Of a stretch of DNA of 64,000 nt, positions 18,078 through 29,273 are shown one piece after another. Source of the DNA: Acidimicrobiia bacterium (GTDB taxonomy: Bacteria > Actinomycetota > Acidimicrobiia > Spongiisociales > ZC4RG35). The stretch is taken from NCBI GenBank assembly GCA_013812505.1, contig JACCTH010000033.1:20853-84852 (forward strand), given 5' to 3'. Every line of letters begins with the position of its first letter. The first letter of the stretch is position 1. The translations under genes were made by a program, and so were the position numbers. The notes beneath the pieces were generated by a model. The model was not told the DNA's origin. It did not search any database and was given only the letters and a program-made list of their open reading frames with translations.

Positions 18078-19486
18078 GCGGTCGCCGCCCATGGTTCCGA
18101 CCTCGAGCGAGCTGCTTTCTTCTCATGCTTGTGCTGGTGGCGGGATGTCAGGATCCAATAGTTGCTGAGGTCGATCGAACGAATCCGCCGTCTACGACGA
18201 TCGAGAATGTCACAACGACGGAGCAGAGGACCACTACCGCGTCCCCGGCGACGATCGATTCCCAGATCTGCCAGGACGAAGATGACGCGCTGTTGTGCGA
18301 GGTCTATGAGCTCGTTGTTGACCGCTATGTCGACCCGGTCGTGGCTTCCGAGCTCGCCGCCGCAGCCGCCGCCGGGGTCCTTGCCCTCGACGAGGACACC
18401 GGGGCGGTACCCGAATGCGTGGTGCCGAGCGAGGCCTTCGAGGTTGTCTGCGAGGCGATGGCGGATGAAGGCGTCTCGACCGCGATCGCTGATGTGGCCG
18501 CGGTGCAAGGCCTGATCAGCGCTCTCGATCCCAACAGCGTGTATTTGTCGGCCGCCGCACTCGCGCTGTTGGAGGAAGATCAGTCCGGCTCCGTGGAAGG
18601 GATCGGGGCGATCGTCAACTCGGAAGATCTCACCGCCGATGACCCCGCGACGACAGGCTGTTCGATCGTGTCCGCGACCTGTCGCTTGGTCGTCGTTTCA
18701 ACCTTCGCCGACGGTCCGGCGCGGCTCGCCGGGCTTGAGGTTGGCGACGTGCTGGTCGCGGTCGACGGCGAATCAATCGTTGGCTCGACAGTTGACGAGG
18801 TGACAGCGGCAGTTCGCGGCCCGGCTGGGACCCGAGTCGAGCTGCGGGTGAATCGCGCCGGAGAAACGATCGAGGTGCCAATCGTGCGCGCCGCCCTGAC
18901 CATCCCCGTGGTGGAAACCTCCCAGGTCGGGAACGTCGGTTATCTCCGTCTCAACCTTTTCACCGAGACTGCTGATCGTCAGGTTCATGTGGCGATCGAA
19001 GAGTTGCTCGCTTCGGGAGCGGAGGCCTTGGTGTTTGACCTACGAGATAATCCTGGCGGCGCTCTCAACGCGACGGTCGAGATTGCGTCTGAGTTCATGT
19101 CGGATGGAGTCGTCGTTCGGACTGAGGGCCCGGAGGAGACTCTTTCCTACCCCGTGGAGGACGGTGGCCTTCTGGCTGACGGCACGCCGGTGGTGATCCT
19201 CGTCAACGAGGGGAGCGCGAGCGCGTCGGAGGTGTTGGCGGCGGCTTTGCAGGAGCAGGAACGAGCCCTGGTGATCGGAACGGCGACCTTTGGCAAGAAC
19301 ACCGTGCAACAGCGTTATCCGCTGTCTGATGGAGGGGCGTTGAAGCTCACCGTCGCTCGCTGGGTAACGGAGGCCGGTTCCGACTTCGGAGCGTTAGGAG
19401 TTCAACCCGACATCGAGGCTGATCTTGGACCCGAGCTCAGCATTGACGACCTTGTTGCCGAGGTGAGCCGCCTTTCGGGGTGGTAA
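18074..19486 (+). CDS. S41-family C-terminal processing peptidase, lipoprotein (paralog 2)
   Basis: Lipobox LVLVAGC. PDZ segment [20 protein letters not shown]41 core [13 protein letters not shown] and [20 protein letters not shown]. Overlaps paralog 1 by 4 bp. Confidence 0.85.
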   Translation: MSGRRPWFRPRASCFLLMLVLVAGCQDPIVAEVDRTNPPSTTIENVTTTEQRTTTASPATIDSQICQDEDDALLCEVYELVVDRYVDPVVASELAAAAAAGVLALDEDTGAVPECVVPSEAFEVVCEAMADEGVSTAIADVAAVQGLISALDPNSVYLSAAALALLEEDQSGSVEGIGAIVNSEDLTADDPATTGCSIVSATCRLVVVSTFADGPARLAGLEVGDVLVAVDGESIVGSTVDEVTAAVRGPAGTRVELRVNRAGETIEVPIVRAALTIPVVETSQVGNVGYLRLNLFTETADRQVHVAIEELLASGAEALVFDLRDNPGGALNATVEIASEFMSDGVVVRTEGPEETLSYPVEDGGLLADGTPVVILVNEGSASASEVLAAALQEQERALVIGTATFGKNTVQQRYPLSDGGALKLTVARWVTEAGSDFGALGVQPDIEADLGPELSIDDLVAEVSRLSGW

Positions 19487-19502
19487 CCCCGACTGCAAGC
19501 CA

Positions 19503-19549
19503 AACCTTAGGTTTACGTGGTGGCATAGCCATCACGTAAACCTAAGGTT
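19503..19549. terminator. long palindromic element / bidirectional terminator hairpin
   Basis: AACCTTAGGTTTACGTGGTGGC-ata-GCCATCACGTAAACCTAAGGTT. The arms are 22 bp with a single G-T position. Lies between the convergent S41 and msrA genes. Confidence 0.7.
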
Positions 19550-19559
19550 CGGTTGGTGC

Positions 19560-20189
19560 CTAGGCCGAGCAGCTGACCCCGGTGCCACCGAGGCCGCAAT
19601 AGCCGTTGGGGTTCTTGCCCAGATACTGCTGGTGATAGTCCTCGGCGTAATAGAACGTGCCGGCGGGTTCGATCTCGGTCGTGATGTGACCGCGGTGGCC
19701 GGCCTTCTCCAGATCCTCCTGATAGGCGTCGCGGCTCTTCTCGGCCTGCTCCTGTTGTTCAGGGGTGGTCGTGTAGATCGCCGATCGATATTGGGTGCCG
19801 ACGTCGTTTCCTTGCCGCATCCCTTGGGTCGGCTCGTGGCCCTCCCAGAATCGCTGCAGCAGCTCGTGATAAGTGACTTCGGCCGGGTCGAAGACGACCA
19901 AAACGACTTCGGCGTGCCCAGTCCGACCGCTGCAGGTCTCTTCGTATGTCGGGTTCGGGGTGCTTCCTCCGGCATAGCCGGCCGCCGTGGTGTAAACGCC
20001 GGGCGTTTGCCAGAAGCGACGCTCCGCTCCCCAAAAACAACCCATTCCGAAGATCGCAGTTTCGAGAGTCCCTGGGAAAGGGCCGACAAGCGGGTTGCCG
20101 TTGACGAAATGACGCGCCGGCACCGGCATCGATTGCTCTCGTCCGGGCAGCGTCTTGACCGGCATCTCGGTCTTTGATCGTCCAAACAT
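19560..20189 (-). CDS. msrA: peptide-methionine (S)-S-oxide reductase
   Basis: [13 protein letters not shown] active-site motif and [17 protein letters not shown] 20189 is preceded by AAGGAG. Confidence 0.9.
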   Translation of the reverse strand: MFGRSKTEMPVKTLPGREQSMPVPARHFVNGNPLVGPFPGTLETAIFGMGCFWGAERRFWQTPGVYTTAAGYAGGSTPNPTYEETCSGRTGHAEVVLVVFDPAEVTYHELLQRFWEGHEPTQGMRQGNDVGTQYRSAIYTTTPEQQEQAEKSRDAYQEDLEKAGHRGHITTEIEPAGTFYYAEDYHQQYLGKNPNGYCGLGGTGVSCSA

Positions 20190-20285
20190 TTGTGCTCCTT
20201 GTTATCCCCTAAACCTCGTCAGCTTCGTCGATGTTCCCATGGTCACAGGGTTGAAAATATCGGTCGTGGGTACCATCCGGCCGAC

Positions 20286-21191
20286 ATGGTGCGATACAGG
20301 AAGCCAACGGAACGATCCGGCGACATTATCGATGTGCGAGGGAGCGGCGGCGGCCGGCGTCCCGGCCTCGCCATCGGGGCTGGTGGCGGTGGGTTGGCGA
20401 TCATCGTCGCCATCGTCGTGGCATTGCTCAGCGGTGGCGGTGGCGGGTCGGGGTTAGAGGACATCCTGAACCAGTTGCAGCCTGCCACGCAGACCTCGAC
20501 CGCCGAGAGCCCGTTGGACGAAGCGACCGATCCCCAGGCCGATATGGCCGACTTCATGTCGGTGGTTCATGACGACAATAACGCGATGTGGGCGGAGATC
20601 TTCCAGCAGTCCGGGCGCCAATATGTCAACCCCAAGTTGGTTCTCTTCACCGGCTTCACCGATTCGGCTTGTGGCGGTGCGGATGCCCGGATGGGTCCGC
20701 ACTATTGCCCGGTTGACCAGCAGATCTATCTCGACATGGATTTCTTCGCCGAGCTGTCGTCCAGATTCGGGGCGACGGGAGACCTGGCGCCGGCCTACGT
20801 TCTCTCCCACGAAATCGCCCACCATGTCCAGAACTCGCTGGGGATCAGCGAACAGGTTCGGAGCCAGCAGGAGCAGAACCCTTCAGAGGCCAACGACCTT
20901 TCGGTGCGCACCGAGTTGCAGGCCGACTGTTTTGCCGGGGTCTGGGCATCCACGGTTTTCGTCGGCCAATTGGAGACGGGCGAGGCACTAGCTCTCGACG
21001 CCGGCGAGATCAACGAGGCGTTGGAAGCAGCCGCGGCGGTGGGCGACGATCGGATCCAAATCGCCGTCCAAGGCCGTGTCGACCCCGAGTCCTTCACCCA
21101 CGGCACCGCCGAGCAGCGCCAACAATGGTTCCAGACCGGCTACGACTCGGGCGACCCCAACGCCTGCGACACCTTCTCCGGCGCCATCTAG
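20286..21191 (+). CDS. YpfJ-family putative neutral zinc metallopeptidase
   Basis: MVRYRKPTERSGDIIDVRG, a Gly-rich TM segment, ..CGGADARMGPHYCPVDQQIYLDMDFF.. and HEIAHHVQN (HExxH). ATG 20286 lies within ORF 20190..21191. Confidence 0.8.
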   Translation: MVRYRKPTERSGDIIDVRGSGGGRRPGLAIGAGGGGLAIIVAIVVALLSGGGGGSGLEDILNQLQPATQTSTAESPLDEATDPQADMADFMSVVHDDNNAMWAEIFQQSGRQYVNPKLVLFTGFTDSACGGADARMGPHYCPVDQQIYLDMDFFAELSSRFGATGDLAPAYVLSHEIAHHVQNSLGISEQVRSQQEQNPSEANDLSVRTELQADCFAGVWASTVFVGQLETGEALALDAGEINEALEAAAAVGDDRIQIAVQGRVDPESFTHGTAEQRQQWFQTGYDSGDPNACDTFSGAI

Positions 21192-21203
21192 ACCCGCTAC
21201 CTG

Positions 21204-21250
21204 AACCTTAGGTTCCGGTGGTTGCATAGCCACCACGATTGCCTTAAGAA
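21204..21250. repeat. degenerate second copy of the palindromic element seen at 19503
   Basis: AACCTTAGGTTCCGGTGGTTGC-ata-GCCACCACGATTGCCTTAAGAA. It has the same left end, the same GGTGG..GC-ata-GCCA.CAC core and the same 22-3-22 layout, but an imperfect outer stem. Confidence 0.6.
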
Positions 21251-21270
21251 TCGCCGAGGGGCGCGCTGGC

Positions 21271-22365
21271 ATGGCTCGGTCGGTAGCCTGGGTGGGAGTC
21301 ATGGGCCCGCGTCGGGCTGGAGTCGCCCTGTTCGTGCTGATCCTGGTCGCAGCGCTGCTGCCGGTAGTAAGCCGCGCCCAAACGGCCGAGGAGGAGCGGG
21401 ATCGTGCCTACACGCTTCTGTCCGAGGCGGTCGCCAACCGGGATCAGGTCGAGGAGCAGCTGACCGTCGCCATGGAGGACTACCTCCGGGTCGCCAACGA
21501 GCTTGCCATCAAAGCGGCCGCGGCCGATCGGTTGGCTGGCCGGGTTGATTCCACCAAAGCTGCCCTCAGCCTCTCCGATCAGCTTGCTGCAGAGCAAGCT
21601 GTCGCCGCCTACATGGAGGCGTTGGTCAACCCGACCGGGATCGTTCTTCGCAGCGGCTCGCTCGAACAGGCGATGGTCCTCCGGCCGACGCTCGAGTTCT
21701 TGACCGGCAACACCGTCAGCCAAACCATTGACCTCGCGATAACCGAACGCAACCTCGTCGACTTGCAGGCTCGCCTGGCATTGGAGATGGCCGCGGTCGA
21801 AGAGCTCAAGAACTCGGCCGAGTCCGCAGCCGACAATCTCGCCGCCCTCTTCGGCGCCGCCGACGCCGAAGTCGGTCGTGCCATTCAGGTGGCTCTGGCC
21901 GCCGATATCGCCTATCGAGCCGAGCTTGATCGAATCGAGGCCGCCCAAGCCGAGGCGGCGGAGCAGGCTCGCCAACAAGAGCGCTCCTCGACCACCACCA
22001 CCGTCACCAACAGCTCGACCACCTCGACGCCTCCGCCTTCGATCGGAACCACGCCGCTCAAGCCGGCTGTGGAGCAATGGCGTTCCCTGATCGCGGCCTA
22101 TTTCCCTGCCGACATGGTGGAGCCGGCGCTGCGGATAATCCAATGCGAGAGCCTGGGCGACCCTGACGCCTACAACCCCTACTCCGGCGCTTCCGGTCTC
22201 TTTCAGCTCCTCCCCGGCACCTGGGCAGTGATTGCCCCCAAGGCGGGTTTCAGTGGGGTTAGCGTCTTCGACCCTGAAGCCAACACCGGTGCCGCGGCAT
22301 GGCTCACGGCCTACTACGAAAGCCTGGGCCGTGACCCCTGGACCCCTTGGTACTGCACCCCTTAG
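21271..22365 (+). CDS. secreted coiled-coil protein with C-terminal lytic transglycosylase (SLT-like) domain
   Basis: Signal/TM segment VALFVLILVAALLPVVSRA, a long Ala/Glu-rich helical region and a Ser/Thr/Pro linker. C-terminus reads IIQCESLGDPDAYNPYSGASGLFQLLPGTW (catalytic E, GLFQ). Confidence 0.7.
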   Translation: MARSVAWVGVMGPRRAGVALFVLILVAALLPVVSRAQTAEEERDRAYTLLSEAVANRDQVEEQLTVAMEDYLRVANELAIKAAAADRLAGRVDSTKAALSLSDQLAAEQAVAAYMEALVNPTGIVLRSGSLEQAMVLRPTLEFLTGNTVSQTIDLAITERNLVDLQARLALEMAAVEELKNSAESAADNLAALFGAADAEVGRAIQVALAADIAYRAELDRIEAAQAEAAEQARQQERSSTTTTVTNSSTTSTPPPSIGTTPLKPAVEQWRSLIAAYFPADMVEPALRIIQCESLGDPDAYNPYSGASGLFQLLPGTWAVIAPKAGFSGVSVFDPEANTGAAAWLTAYYESLGRDPWTPWYCTP

Positions 22366-24383
22366 AGAGCACAGCATCCTTGGTTGAGAGACAATCATCG
22401 TTTGGCGCGGTCCTTACGCCCGCCGGCACCCAATTCTCAGTTCATGCTCCCTTCGCGGATCGGGTTGAGCTCTGTTTGTTCGATTCTGACGAAGAGGAAC
22501 GTGTCGACCTCTCCGGAGGCGACGGGGCGATCTTTACCAAGACTGTGAGCGGCGTCGGACAGGGCCGGCAATACGGCTATCGCGTCACCGGCCGCTGGGA
22601 CCCCGGACACGGCATCTGGTCGAACCCCTACAAGCTCTTGGCCGATCCCTACGCCCGCCACCTGCGCGGCTTCGTCACCGGCGATGAAGTCCTGCGAGCC
22701 GGAGACGACGAACCCAATCGCAACGACAGCGCCCGGCACACGATGAGGTCGGTGGTCTGCAACGGGAGCTTCGACTGGGCTGAAAGCGCTAAACCCAATC
22801 GTGCGTGGGCCGACACCCTCATATACGAGACCCACGTGAAAGGGATGACGCGGACCCACCCCGACGTTCTGCCGGAATTGAGGGGCACCTATCTCGGTCT
22901 CGCTTCCGAGCCCATCATCGAGTATCTCACCGGTCTAGGGGTGACGGCTGTGGAGTTGCTCCCGGTCCACACCACCGCCAGCGAGCAAGTGGTCTCGAGC
23001 CGCGGGCTCACCAACTACTGGGGCTATTCCACGCTCGGGTTTTTCGCCCCCGATCCCCGTTTCGCCGCCACCGCCGATCCCGTCGAGGAATGGAAGACGA
23101 TGGTCAGGCGGCTCCATCAGGCCGGGATCGAGGTGATCATCGACGTGGTGTACAACCACACCGCCGAAGGCAACCACAAAGGGCCCAGTCTCAGTTTTCG
23201 CGGTTTCGACAACCCCGGCTTTTATCGCCTTGACCCGGAGAACCCCCGTTTGTATCTCGACACCACAGGCACCGGCAACCGGCTCGACCTAACGCAGCCC
23301 TGGGCGTTGCAACTGGTTCTCGACAGCATCCACTACTGGGTGACCGAGATGGGCGTGGACGGGTTCCGCTTCGACCTCGCCCCGTCTCTCGCACGCACTC
23401 CCGATGATTACAACCGAGAGGCCGACTTCTTCGCCCAACTCCGCACGATGCCCGAGCTGGCGGACGTGAAGCTCATCGCCGAGCCTTGGGACATCGGTCA
23501 GCACGGCTACCAACTCGGCAACTTCCCCGACAAATGGCGCGAGTGGAATGGCCGCTACCGCGACATGATGCGCGAGGTGTGGAGGGGATCCCTGGGCACG
23601 ATCGATGAGTTCGCAGATCTGCTCATGGGCAGTTCCAAAATCTTCGGAGATCGAGGCCCGACCACTTCGATCAACTTCATCACCTGTCACGATGGCTTCA
23701 CCGTCCAGGATCTGGTGTCCTACGACGTCAAGCACAACGATGCCAACGGCGAGGACAACCGCGACGGCGAGGTGAACAATCGCTCGTGGAACAGCGGCAC
23801 CGAAGGGGACACCGAAAACGCGGAGACCATCGAGTTCCGGCAACGGCGCGTCGCCAACCTCCTCTTGACCCTATTCGTTTCCCAAGGGGTGCCGATGCTG
23901 CTCGGTGGCGATGAGCTCGGACGCACACAAAGGGGTAACAACAACGCCTATTGCCAGGACAACGAGCTGTCATGGTTCGACTGGGACCAAGCCGACTGGG
24001 AGCGAGTCGACCTCGTTCGCCAGCTCGCCGCGCTGCGCCGCGAGCATCCGGTGTTCAGGAGATCGGAACATCCCCGTGGCGAACTCAGTCCCAAGGGCAT
24101 CCCGGAAGCGGGTTGGTTTGCACCTGCCGGCCACATCATGACCGCTTCCGATTGGCAAACGGTCTGGGTACGAGCCTTGGGGGTTTTTTGGAACGGCTCC
24201 GGGATCGGCGGCGACTCGTTCTACTTGATCATGAATGCCAGCTCCGATTACACCCGTTTCCATCTCCCCGACATGCTCGAGGAATGGCATTGGGAGGAAG
24301 TCGTTTCTACCGGCCCGTCGCAAAAGGGAGACCCAAATCCGGTCCTCTTGCCCTTTTCGATGGCGCTCTACCGGACGCGCTAG
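22347..24383 (+). CDS. glgX: glycogen debranching enzyme
   Basis: [56 protein letters not shown] and EPWD. The start is uncertain (TTG 22347 or TTG 22380). Confidence 0.85.
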   Translation: MVLHPLESTASLVERQSSFGAVLTPAGTQFSVHAPFADRVELCLFDSDEEERVDLSGGDGAIFTKTVSGVGQGRQYGYRVTGRWDPGHGIWSNPYKLLADPYARHLRGFVTGDEVLRAGDDEPNRNDSARHTMRSVVCNGSFDWAESAKPNRAWADTLIYETHVKGMTRTHPDVLPELRGTYLGLASEPIIEYLTGLGVTAVELLPVHTTASEQVVSSRGLTNYWGYSTLGFFAPDPRFAATADPVEEWKTMVRRLHQAGIEVIIDVVYNHTAEGNHKGPSLSFRGFDNPGFYRLDPENPRLYLDTTGTGNRLDLTQPWALQLVLDSIHYWVTEMGVDGFRFDLAPSLARTPDDYNREADFFAQLRTMPELADVKLIAEPWDIGQHGYQLGNFPDKWREWNGRYRDMMREVWRGSLGTIDEFADLLMGSSKIFGDRGPTTSINFITCHDGFTVQDLVSYDVKHNDANGEDNRDGEVNNRSWNSGTEGDTENAETIEFRQRRVANLLLTLFVSQGVPMLLGGDELGRTQRGNNNAYCQDNELSWFDWDQADWERVDLVRQLAALRREHPVFRRSEHPRGELSPKGIPEAGWFAPAGHIMTASDWQTVWVRALGVFWNGSGIGGDSFYLIMNASSDYTRFHLPDMLEEWHWEEVVSTGPSQKGDPNPVLLPFSMALYRTR

Positions 24384-25612
24384 CCGACCACGTCCCCTTT
24401 GGCGATCGCCACCACCCCGCTCGGGGACACCTCGAAGCGGGCCCGGTCTTGCTCGGAGTCGACTCCGATCCGGTATCCCGGCGGGATCGAGACGTTCTTG
24501 TCGATGATTGTTTTCCTGAGCACGGCTCCGGCTCCAACTTTGACGTTGTCGAACAAGATGCAGTTCTCCAACACCGCCCCCGGTTCGACCCGCACGTTGG
24601 GCGAGAGCACGCAACTGCGGACATAACCGCCGGAGATGATCACCCCGTTGGAGAGCAGCGAGTCGGCAATCTGGCCGGGACCATGCTGGGCAACCGCCAC
24701 CACCTTGGCCGGGGGAGCCGTCTTCCAGGCGGTGAAAATTGGCCAGGCGTCGTTGTAGAGGTTGAAGATCGGCTCGGTGGCGACCAAGTCCATCGAGGCG
24801 TCGAAATAGGAATCGAGATGACCGACGTCGCGCCAATAGCCGCGTTCGCGATCGCTCACTCCGGCGATCTCGTTGGCGTTGAAGTCGTAGACGTGGGCCA
24901 GGCCTTGCTTCACCATCTGCGGGATCAGGTTCCCCCCGATGTCATGCCGAGAGGAATCGTTCTCCGCATCGATGGCGAGTTGCTCGAGCAGAACCGAAGT
25001 GGTGAACGCGTAGTTGCCCATCGACACGAAAGCGTGCTCGGGATCACCCGCGATCGGCTGTGGATCCTGGGGTTTTTCTCGGAACCGGTCGACGATCGTG
25101 TCGGTCCCGGTCTCGATCACGCCGAACTGGTGAGCCTGGTCGAGGGGCACCCTGATCCCGGCCACCGTGACCCCGGCGCCAGACTCGATGTGCTGGTCGA
25201 GCATCTGCTCGGGGTCCATGCGATAGATGTGGTCGGCTCCGAAAACGAACATGTAGTCGGGGGAGGCGTCGTCGACCAAGTTCAAGTTTTGATAGAGGGC
25301 ATCGGCCGACCCGAGGAACCACCTCTGTCCAAGCCGCATCTGAGCAGGAACCGAGGTGACGTAGTTGCCGAGAAGAGTCGACATGCGCCACGTCCGGGAG
25401 AGGTGGACGTTGAGGGAATGGCTCTTGTACTGAGTGAGGACGACGATGCGCCGCTGGCCGCCGTTGACCAGGTTGGAGAGAGCGAAGTCGATGAGCCGGT
25501 ACTGACCGCCGAATGGAACGGCCGGTTTGGCGCGATCGCGAGTGAGAGGCATAAGCCGCTTGCCTTCGCCACCGGCCAGCACGATCGAGAGAACATCGCG
25601 TCGATTAGCCAT
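24380..25612 (-). CDS. glgC: glucose-1-phosphate adenylyltransferase
   Basis: [50 protein letters not shown] 25612 is preferred over the extended ORF start at 25714. Confidence 0.9.
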   Translation of the reverse strand: MANRRDVLSIVLAGGEGKRLMPLTRDRAKPAVPFGGQYRLIDFALSNLVNGGQRRIVVLTQYKSHSLNVHLSRTWRMSTLLGNYVTSVPAQMRLGQRWFLGSADALYQNLNLVDDASPDYMFVFGADHIYRMDPEQMLDQHIESGAGVTVAGIRVPLDQAHQFGVIETGTDTIVDRFREKPQDPQPIAGDPEHAFVSMGNYAFTTSVLLEQLAIDAENDSSRHDIGGNLIPQMVKQGLAHVYDFNANEIAGVSDRERGYWRDVGHLDSYFDASMDLVATEPIFNLYNDAWPIFTAWKTAPPAKVVAVAQHGPGQIADSLLSNGVIISGGYVRSCVLSPNVRVEPGAVLENCILFDNVKVGAGAVLRKTIIDKNVSIPPGYRIGVDSEQDRARFEVSPSGVVAIAKGDVVG

Positions 25613-25619
25613 TGCCGGT

Positions 25620-27497
25620 TCAGTTTCTACCAGGCTCGTTTCGAACAAGGAGGATCGCGGCGAGCGGTGGGAGGTCGAGGAGCAAAGAGTCGGGCTGGCC
25701 CTGGTGGGCGACACCGCGTGACCCGATCGGCCCGGGCTTCATCAGGCCGTCGCCACCGAAATGCGGATCATCGCTCGACAACAACACTGACCAATCGCCG
25801 CTGGCGGGGACACCTACCAGGTATCGGTCCCAACGAACCGGGGTGAAGTTCAGCACCACCATCACGTCTCGTTCCCCGTCGGCCCGCCGCAGGTAGCCGA
25901 AGACAGCTCGGGCATAATCCTCAGGCTCGAGCCAGAGAAAGCCATTCGGGCGGTCGTCTTCTCGGTAAAGCGCCGGCTCAGCGCGGAGCAGATGGTTGAG
26001 CGCTCGCACCCAGGCGAGGAGCTGACTGTGGCCGGGTTGGTCGAGCAACTCCCACTGGAGCGAAGCGTCATGGTTCCACTCTCTGATTTGGCCGAACTCG
26101 TTGCCCATGAAGAGGAGCTTCTTGCCCGGGGTTGTCCACATGTATCCGAGCAATGTGCGAAGACCGGCCAGCTTTGCGGAAGGTGACCCCCACTGCTTCT
26201 CGAGTAGCGACCGTTTGCCATGCACCACTTCATCGTGGGAGATGGCCAGGGCGTATCTCTCGCTGTACGCATACATCCCCCGAAAGGTCACCAGCCGGTG
26301 GCTGTCGGGATGAGAACGGAACAGCGGATCGAGGCTGGTGTAGCGAAGAGTGTCGTTCATCCACCCCATGTCCCACTTGTAGTCAAAGCCAAGGGCGAGG
26401 TCGCCAAACGTGCCGGTGACGTGAGGCCACGACGTCGACTCCTCGGCCATCATCGCTACGCCAGGGAAGGTGCGGTGGACGCTTTGGTTCATCTCCCGAA
26501 ACAGCTCGACCGCTCCCAGATGTTCGCGTCCGCCGCGCTCGTTGGGGATCCATTGGCCCGGCTGGCGGGAGTAGTCGAGGTAGAGCATCGAGGCCACGCC
26601 GTCGACCCTGAGCCCATCGATGTGATATCGATCGAGCCATGAGTGGACCGATGACAGGAGAAAGCTCCGGACGTCCCCTCGGTCGTAGTCGAAGATCAAG
26701 GAGGTCCAGTCCGGGTGATAGCCGCGTCGGGGATCAGCATGCTCATAGAGATGGGTTCCATCGAAGTAGGCGAGGCCGTGCAGGTCGGTGGCGAAGTTGG
26801 ACGCCACCCAATCGAGCAACACCCCGATCCCGTTTTGGTGGAGGTGATCGACGAGGAACATGAGGTCCTGGGGGGTGCCGTAACGAGCCGTGGGGGCGAA
26901 GAATCCGGTCGCCTGATAGCCCCAAGAACCGTAGAACGGATGCTCCATGAGTGGCATCAGCTCGACATGGGTGAACCCCTGCTCGGCTATGTATTCGGCG
27001 AGCTCAAGCGCGATCTTGCGATAGTTGACCTGACCGTGGTTGCGCCAGGAGCCGAGGTGGATCTCATAAATGCTGATGGGACGATTCGGGGCCATGGTCC
27101 CATTGCGAGCGGACATCCAGCTCTCGTCGTGCCATTGATAGTCGAGGTGCTGGGCGCGAGAAGCAGTCCGCGGAGGAACCTCGGCCCACACCGCGTATGG
27201 GTCGGCCTTGTCGACTGAGCGGTATTGGCTGCTGGTGATCTGGAACTTGTAGGAATCGCCCCCCTTGACCCCGTCGATGTGCGTGCGCCAAAAGCCGTGT
27301 CCCTCAGATATGAGCGGGTGGGCATTGGGGTTCCAGTTGTTGAAGTCGCCGACTACCGAGGCCCAGGCGGCGTTGGGGGCCCAGACTCGGAAACTCGCTC
27401 CGCTTTCGTCGAGAAAGCAACCAAGGACATGATGGAGCGCGGTATGACGCCCCTCGCCCATGAGCCATCGGTCCTCGTCGGTGATGCCTCTCAACAT
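25620..27497 (-). CDS. glgB: 1,4-alpha-glucan branching enzyme
   Basis: [52 protein letters not shown] and EESTSWP. Lies 7 bp upstream of glgC. Confidence 0.9.
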   Translation of the reverse strand: MLRGITDEDRWLMGEGRHTALHHVLGCFLDESGASFRVWAPNAAWASVVGDFNNWNPNAHPLISEGHGFWRTHIDGVKGGDSYKFQITSSQYRSVDKADPYAVWAEVPPRTASRAQHLDYQWHDESWMSARNGTMAPNRPISIYEIHLGSWRNHGQVNYRKIALELAEYIAEQGFTHVELMPLMEHPFYGSWGYQATGFFAPTARYGTPQDLMFLVDHLHQNGIGVLLDWVASNFATDLHGLAYFDGTHLYEHADPRRGYHPDWTSLIFDYDRGDVRSFLLSSVHSWLDRYHIDGLRVDGVASMLYLDYSRQPGQWIPNERGGREHLGAVELFREMNQSVHRTFPGVAMMAEESTSWPHVTGTFGDLALGFDYKWDMGWMNDTLRYTSLDPLFRSHPDSHRLVTFRGMYAYSERYALAISHDEVVHGKRSLLEKQWGSPSAKLAGLRTLLGYMWTTPGKKLLFMGNEFGQIREWNHDASLQWELLDQPGHSQLLAWVRALNHLLRAEPALYREDDRPNGFLWLEPEDYARAVFGYLRRADGERDVMVVLNFTPVRWDRYLVGVPASGDWSVLLSSDDPHFGGDGLMKPGPIGSRGVAHQGQPDSLLLDLPPLAAILLVRNEPGRN

Positions 27498-27536
27498 TTG
27501 GAGCGACGCTAGCCCTGTGGCCCTGGGATGAACCCG

Positions 27537-28772
27537 CTAGTCGACGAGAACAGAGGGGGCGGACGAAACCGGAACGACTTCCCTACCCCGCCAGCTTCTC
27601 CAACCCCAGAGGGCGGCAACCAGGCAGGAAACTGCGCCGATCAGGATTGCCTGGCGGGGTCCAAAGCGATCGGCTACCCAACCTATGAAGGGTGCCCCGA
27701 GAGGAGTAGTTCCGAAGAAGACGATTGCCTGAAGAGACAGGACCCTCCCGCGAAACTGGGGATCGGCTGCGAGCTGCATCATGGCGGTGGCGGTGGTCAT
27801 GAAGGCGATGCTTCCCAGTCCGACCAAGACCGCGATCGGATAGGCAGCCCAAAGCGTGGGGGTGCCGGCCAGCATCAGCAAACCGACGCCAAACGCCATT
27901 GCCGACCAGATCAGATGGCCGAAGGGAACTTGTCGGCGCCGAGCGGTGGCAATCGCCCCAATCACCGAACCGACGCTCATCGTCGAAAGGACGAGCGTGT
28001 ATGACTGTTTCGTGCCTGCCAACGGGCCCGTGATGAGAAGGGGGGTGGTGACCGATAGGTTGAACGCGAGTGTGCCAATGACTGCCATCATCACCAAAGG
28101 GACGAGCTGGTCGCGCGATGAGAAGGCGTAGCGCAAACCTTGCCTGACCTGACCTCGCCCGCGCTCCACCTTCTCTGCCGAGAACAGCTCGCTCGGTCGT
28201 ATCAGCGCGAGACCGGCTATCACGGCCAGGTAGCTCAAAGCGTCGCCGAGAAAGCACCAGGCATAGCCGAACAGCCCGATCAGTAAGCCAGCTAATGCCG
28301 GTCCAAGCACCCGCGCCGTCGTCATTAGAGCGCTATTCAGGCTGACCGCGTTGGCGACATTCTCGGGAGGCACCATTTCGACTACGAAGGCGCGCCTCGC
28401 CGGGTTGTCGAACGCGGTGAGGATTCCCTGCACGGTTGCCAGCAGGAGGACGTTGCCCACCGAGGCGTTGCCGGTGAGCACGACGAGCCCCAAGACCAGC
28501 GACTGCGCCATCGCCCCGACCTGAGTGAAGAACAGGACCTGCCGCTTGTCGAAGCGATCAGCGAGCGTCCCGCCCCACGCCCCGAACAGCAACACCGGCC
28601 CAAACTGGGCGGCGGCGAGGAAGCCGAGAAGCACCCCGGAGCCGGTGAGGTCGAGGATCAGGAGCGTCTGGGCAACCATCGTCATCCAGGTACCCGTCTG
28701 GGAGATCGTCTGGCTGACAAAAAACAGACGAAAATTGCGAACCTGGAGCGAGCGAAACGTGTCCTTCAGCAC
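27537..28772 (-). CDS. MFS transporter
   Basis: 411 aa with ~12 predicted TM segments. GGTLADRFDKRQ resembles the MFS loop 2-3 motif. Confidence 0.75.
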   Translation of the reverse strand: MLKDTFRSLQVRNFRLFFVSQTISQTGTWMTMVAQTLLILDLTGSGVLLGFLAAAQFGPVLLFGAWGGTLADRFDKRQVLFFTQVGAMAQSLVLGLVVLTGNASVGNVLLLATVQGILTAFDNPARRAFVVEMVPPENVANAVSLNSALMTTARVLGPALAGLLIGLFGYAWCFLGDALSYLAVIAGLALIRPSELFSAEKVERGRGQVRQGLRYAFSSRDQLVPLVMMAVIGTLAFNLSVTTPLLITGPLAGTKQSYTLVLSTMSVGSVIGAIATARRRQVPFGHLIWSAMAFGVGLLMLAGTPTLWAAYPIAVLVGLGSIAFMTTATAMMQLAADPQFRGRVLSLQAIVFFGTTPLGAPFIGWVADRFGPRQAILIGAVSCLVAALWGWRSWRGREVVPVSSAPSVLVD

Positions 28773-28790
28773 TCACCCCAAACTACCTTT

Positions 28791-28823
28791 CTGCGAACCC
28801 TGGGTTCGTAGCGTTGTACAACA
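28791..28823. repeat. 33-bp element, copy 1 (CTGCGAACCCTGGGTTCGTAGCGTTGTACAACA)
   Basis: Contains two internal palindromes (CGAACCCTGGGTTCG and GTTGTACAAC). An inverted copy lies at 38303-38335; 32/33 positions match, differing only at the palindrome centre. Confidence 0.85.
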
Positions 28824-28854
28824 GCGGTACCAGCCCACAGAATCGGAGAAACGC

Positions 28855-29226
28855 GTGGAAATCAAGGCAATCGGACAGATTCATGTCAGTGTGAGCGATG
28901 TCGACCGATCGGTGGCCTGGTATCGAGATGTGCTCGGTCTTGACTTCCTGTTTCAGGTGCCGGGACAGCCAATGGCCTTTTTCCAGTGCGGTGAGACCAG
29001 GCTCTATCTCGGGGTCCCCGAACAGGAAGCATTTCGTTCCCGGCCCATTCTCTATTTCAGTGTCGGTGACATCGACCAGGCGGTAGCGACGATCGAGGCC
29101 CGGGGCGGCTCGTTTGCCGGAAAGCCGCAGGTGGCCCACCGCGACGACTCGTCGGAGCTCTGGCTGGTCTCGATTGCTGATCCCGACGGGTTGCCGGTGC
29201 TCCTGATGGAAACTCGGATGAGATAG
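28855..29226 (+). CDS. VOC (glyoxalase/bleomycin-resistance/dioxygenase) family protein
   Basis: GTG 28855 lies within ORF 28525..29226. IGQIHVSVSDVDRSVAWYRDVLGL... and ..LVSIADPDGLPVLLME show a typical VOC beta-alpha-beta-beta-beta module. Confidence 0.65.
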   Translation: MEIKAIGQIHVSVSDVDRSVAWYRDVLGLDFLFQVPGQPMAFFQCGETRLYLGVPEQEAFRSRPILYFSVGDIDQAVATIEARGGSFAGKPQVAHRDDSSELWLVSIADPDGLPVLLMETRMR

Positions 29227-29273
29227 GCGCGCTTTCCGGCAGCAACAGCCAGGGTCATAGACTCCCGCCCCCG

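Noticed and set aside
23951-25846. A 631-aa plus-strand ORF, the longest 'extra' ORF in the track, overlapping glgC and the glgB 3' end.
   Set aside because: It is the antisense shadow of glgC in GC-rich DNA. Its translation is low-complexity and Arg/Gly/Pro/Val-rich with no recognisable motifs, whereas the opposite strand encodes textbook GlgC.
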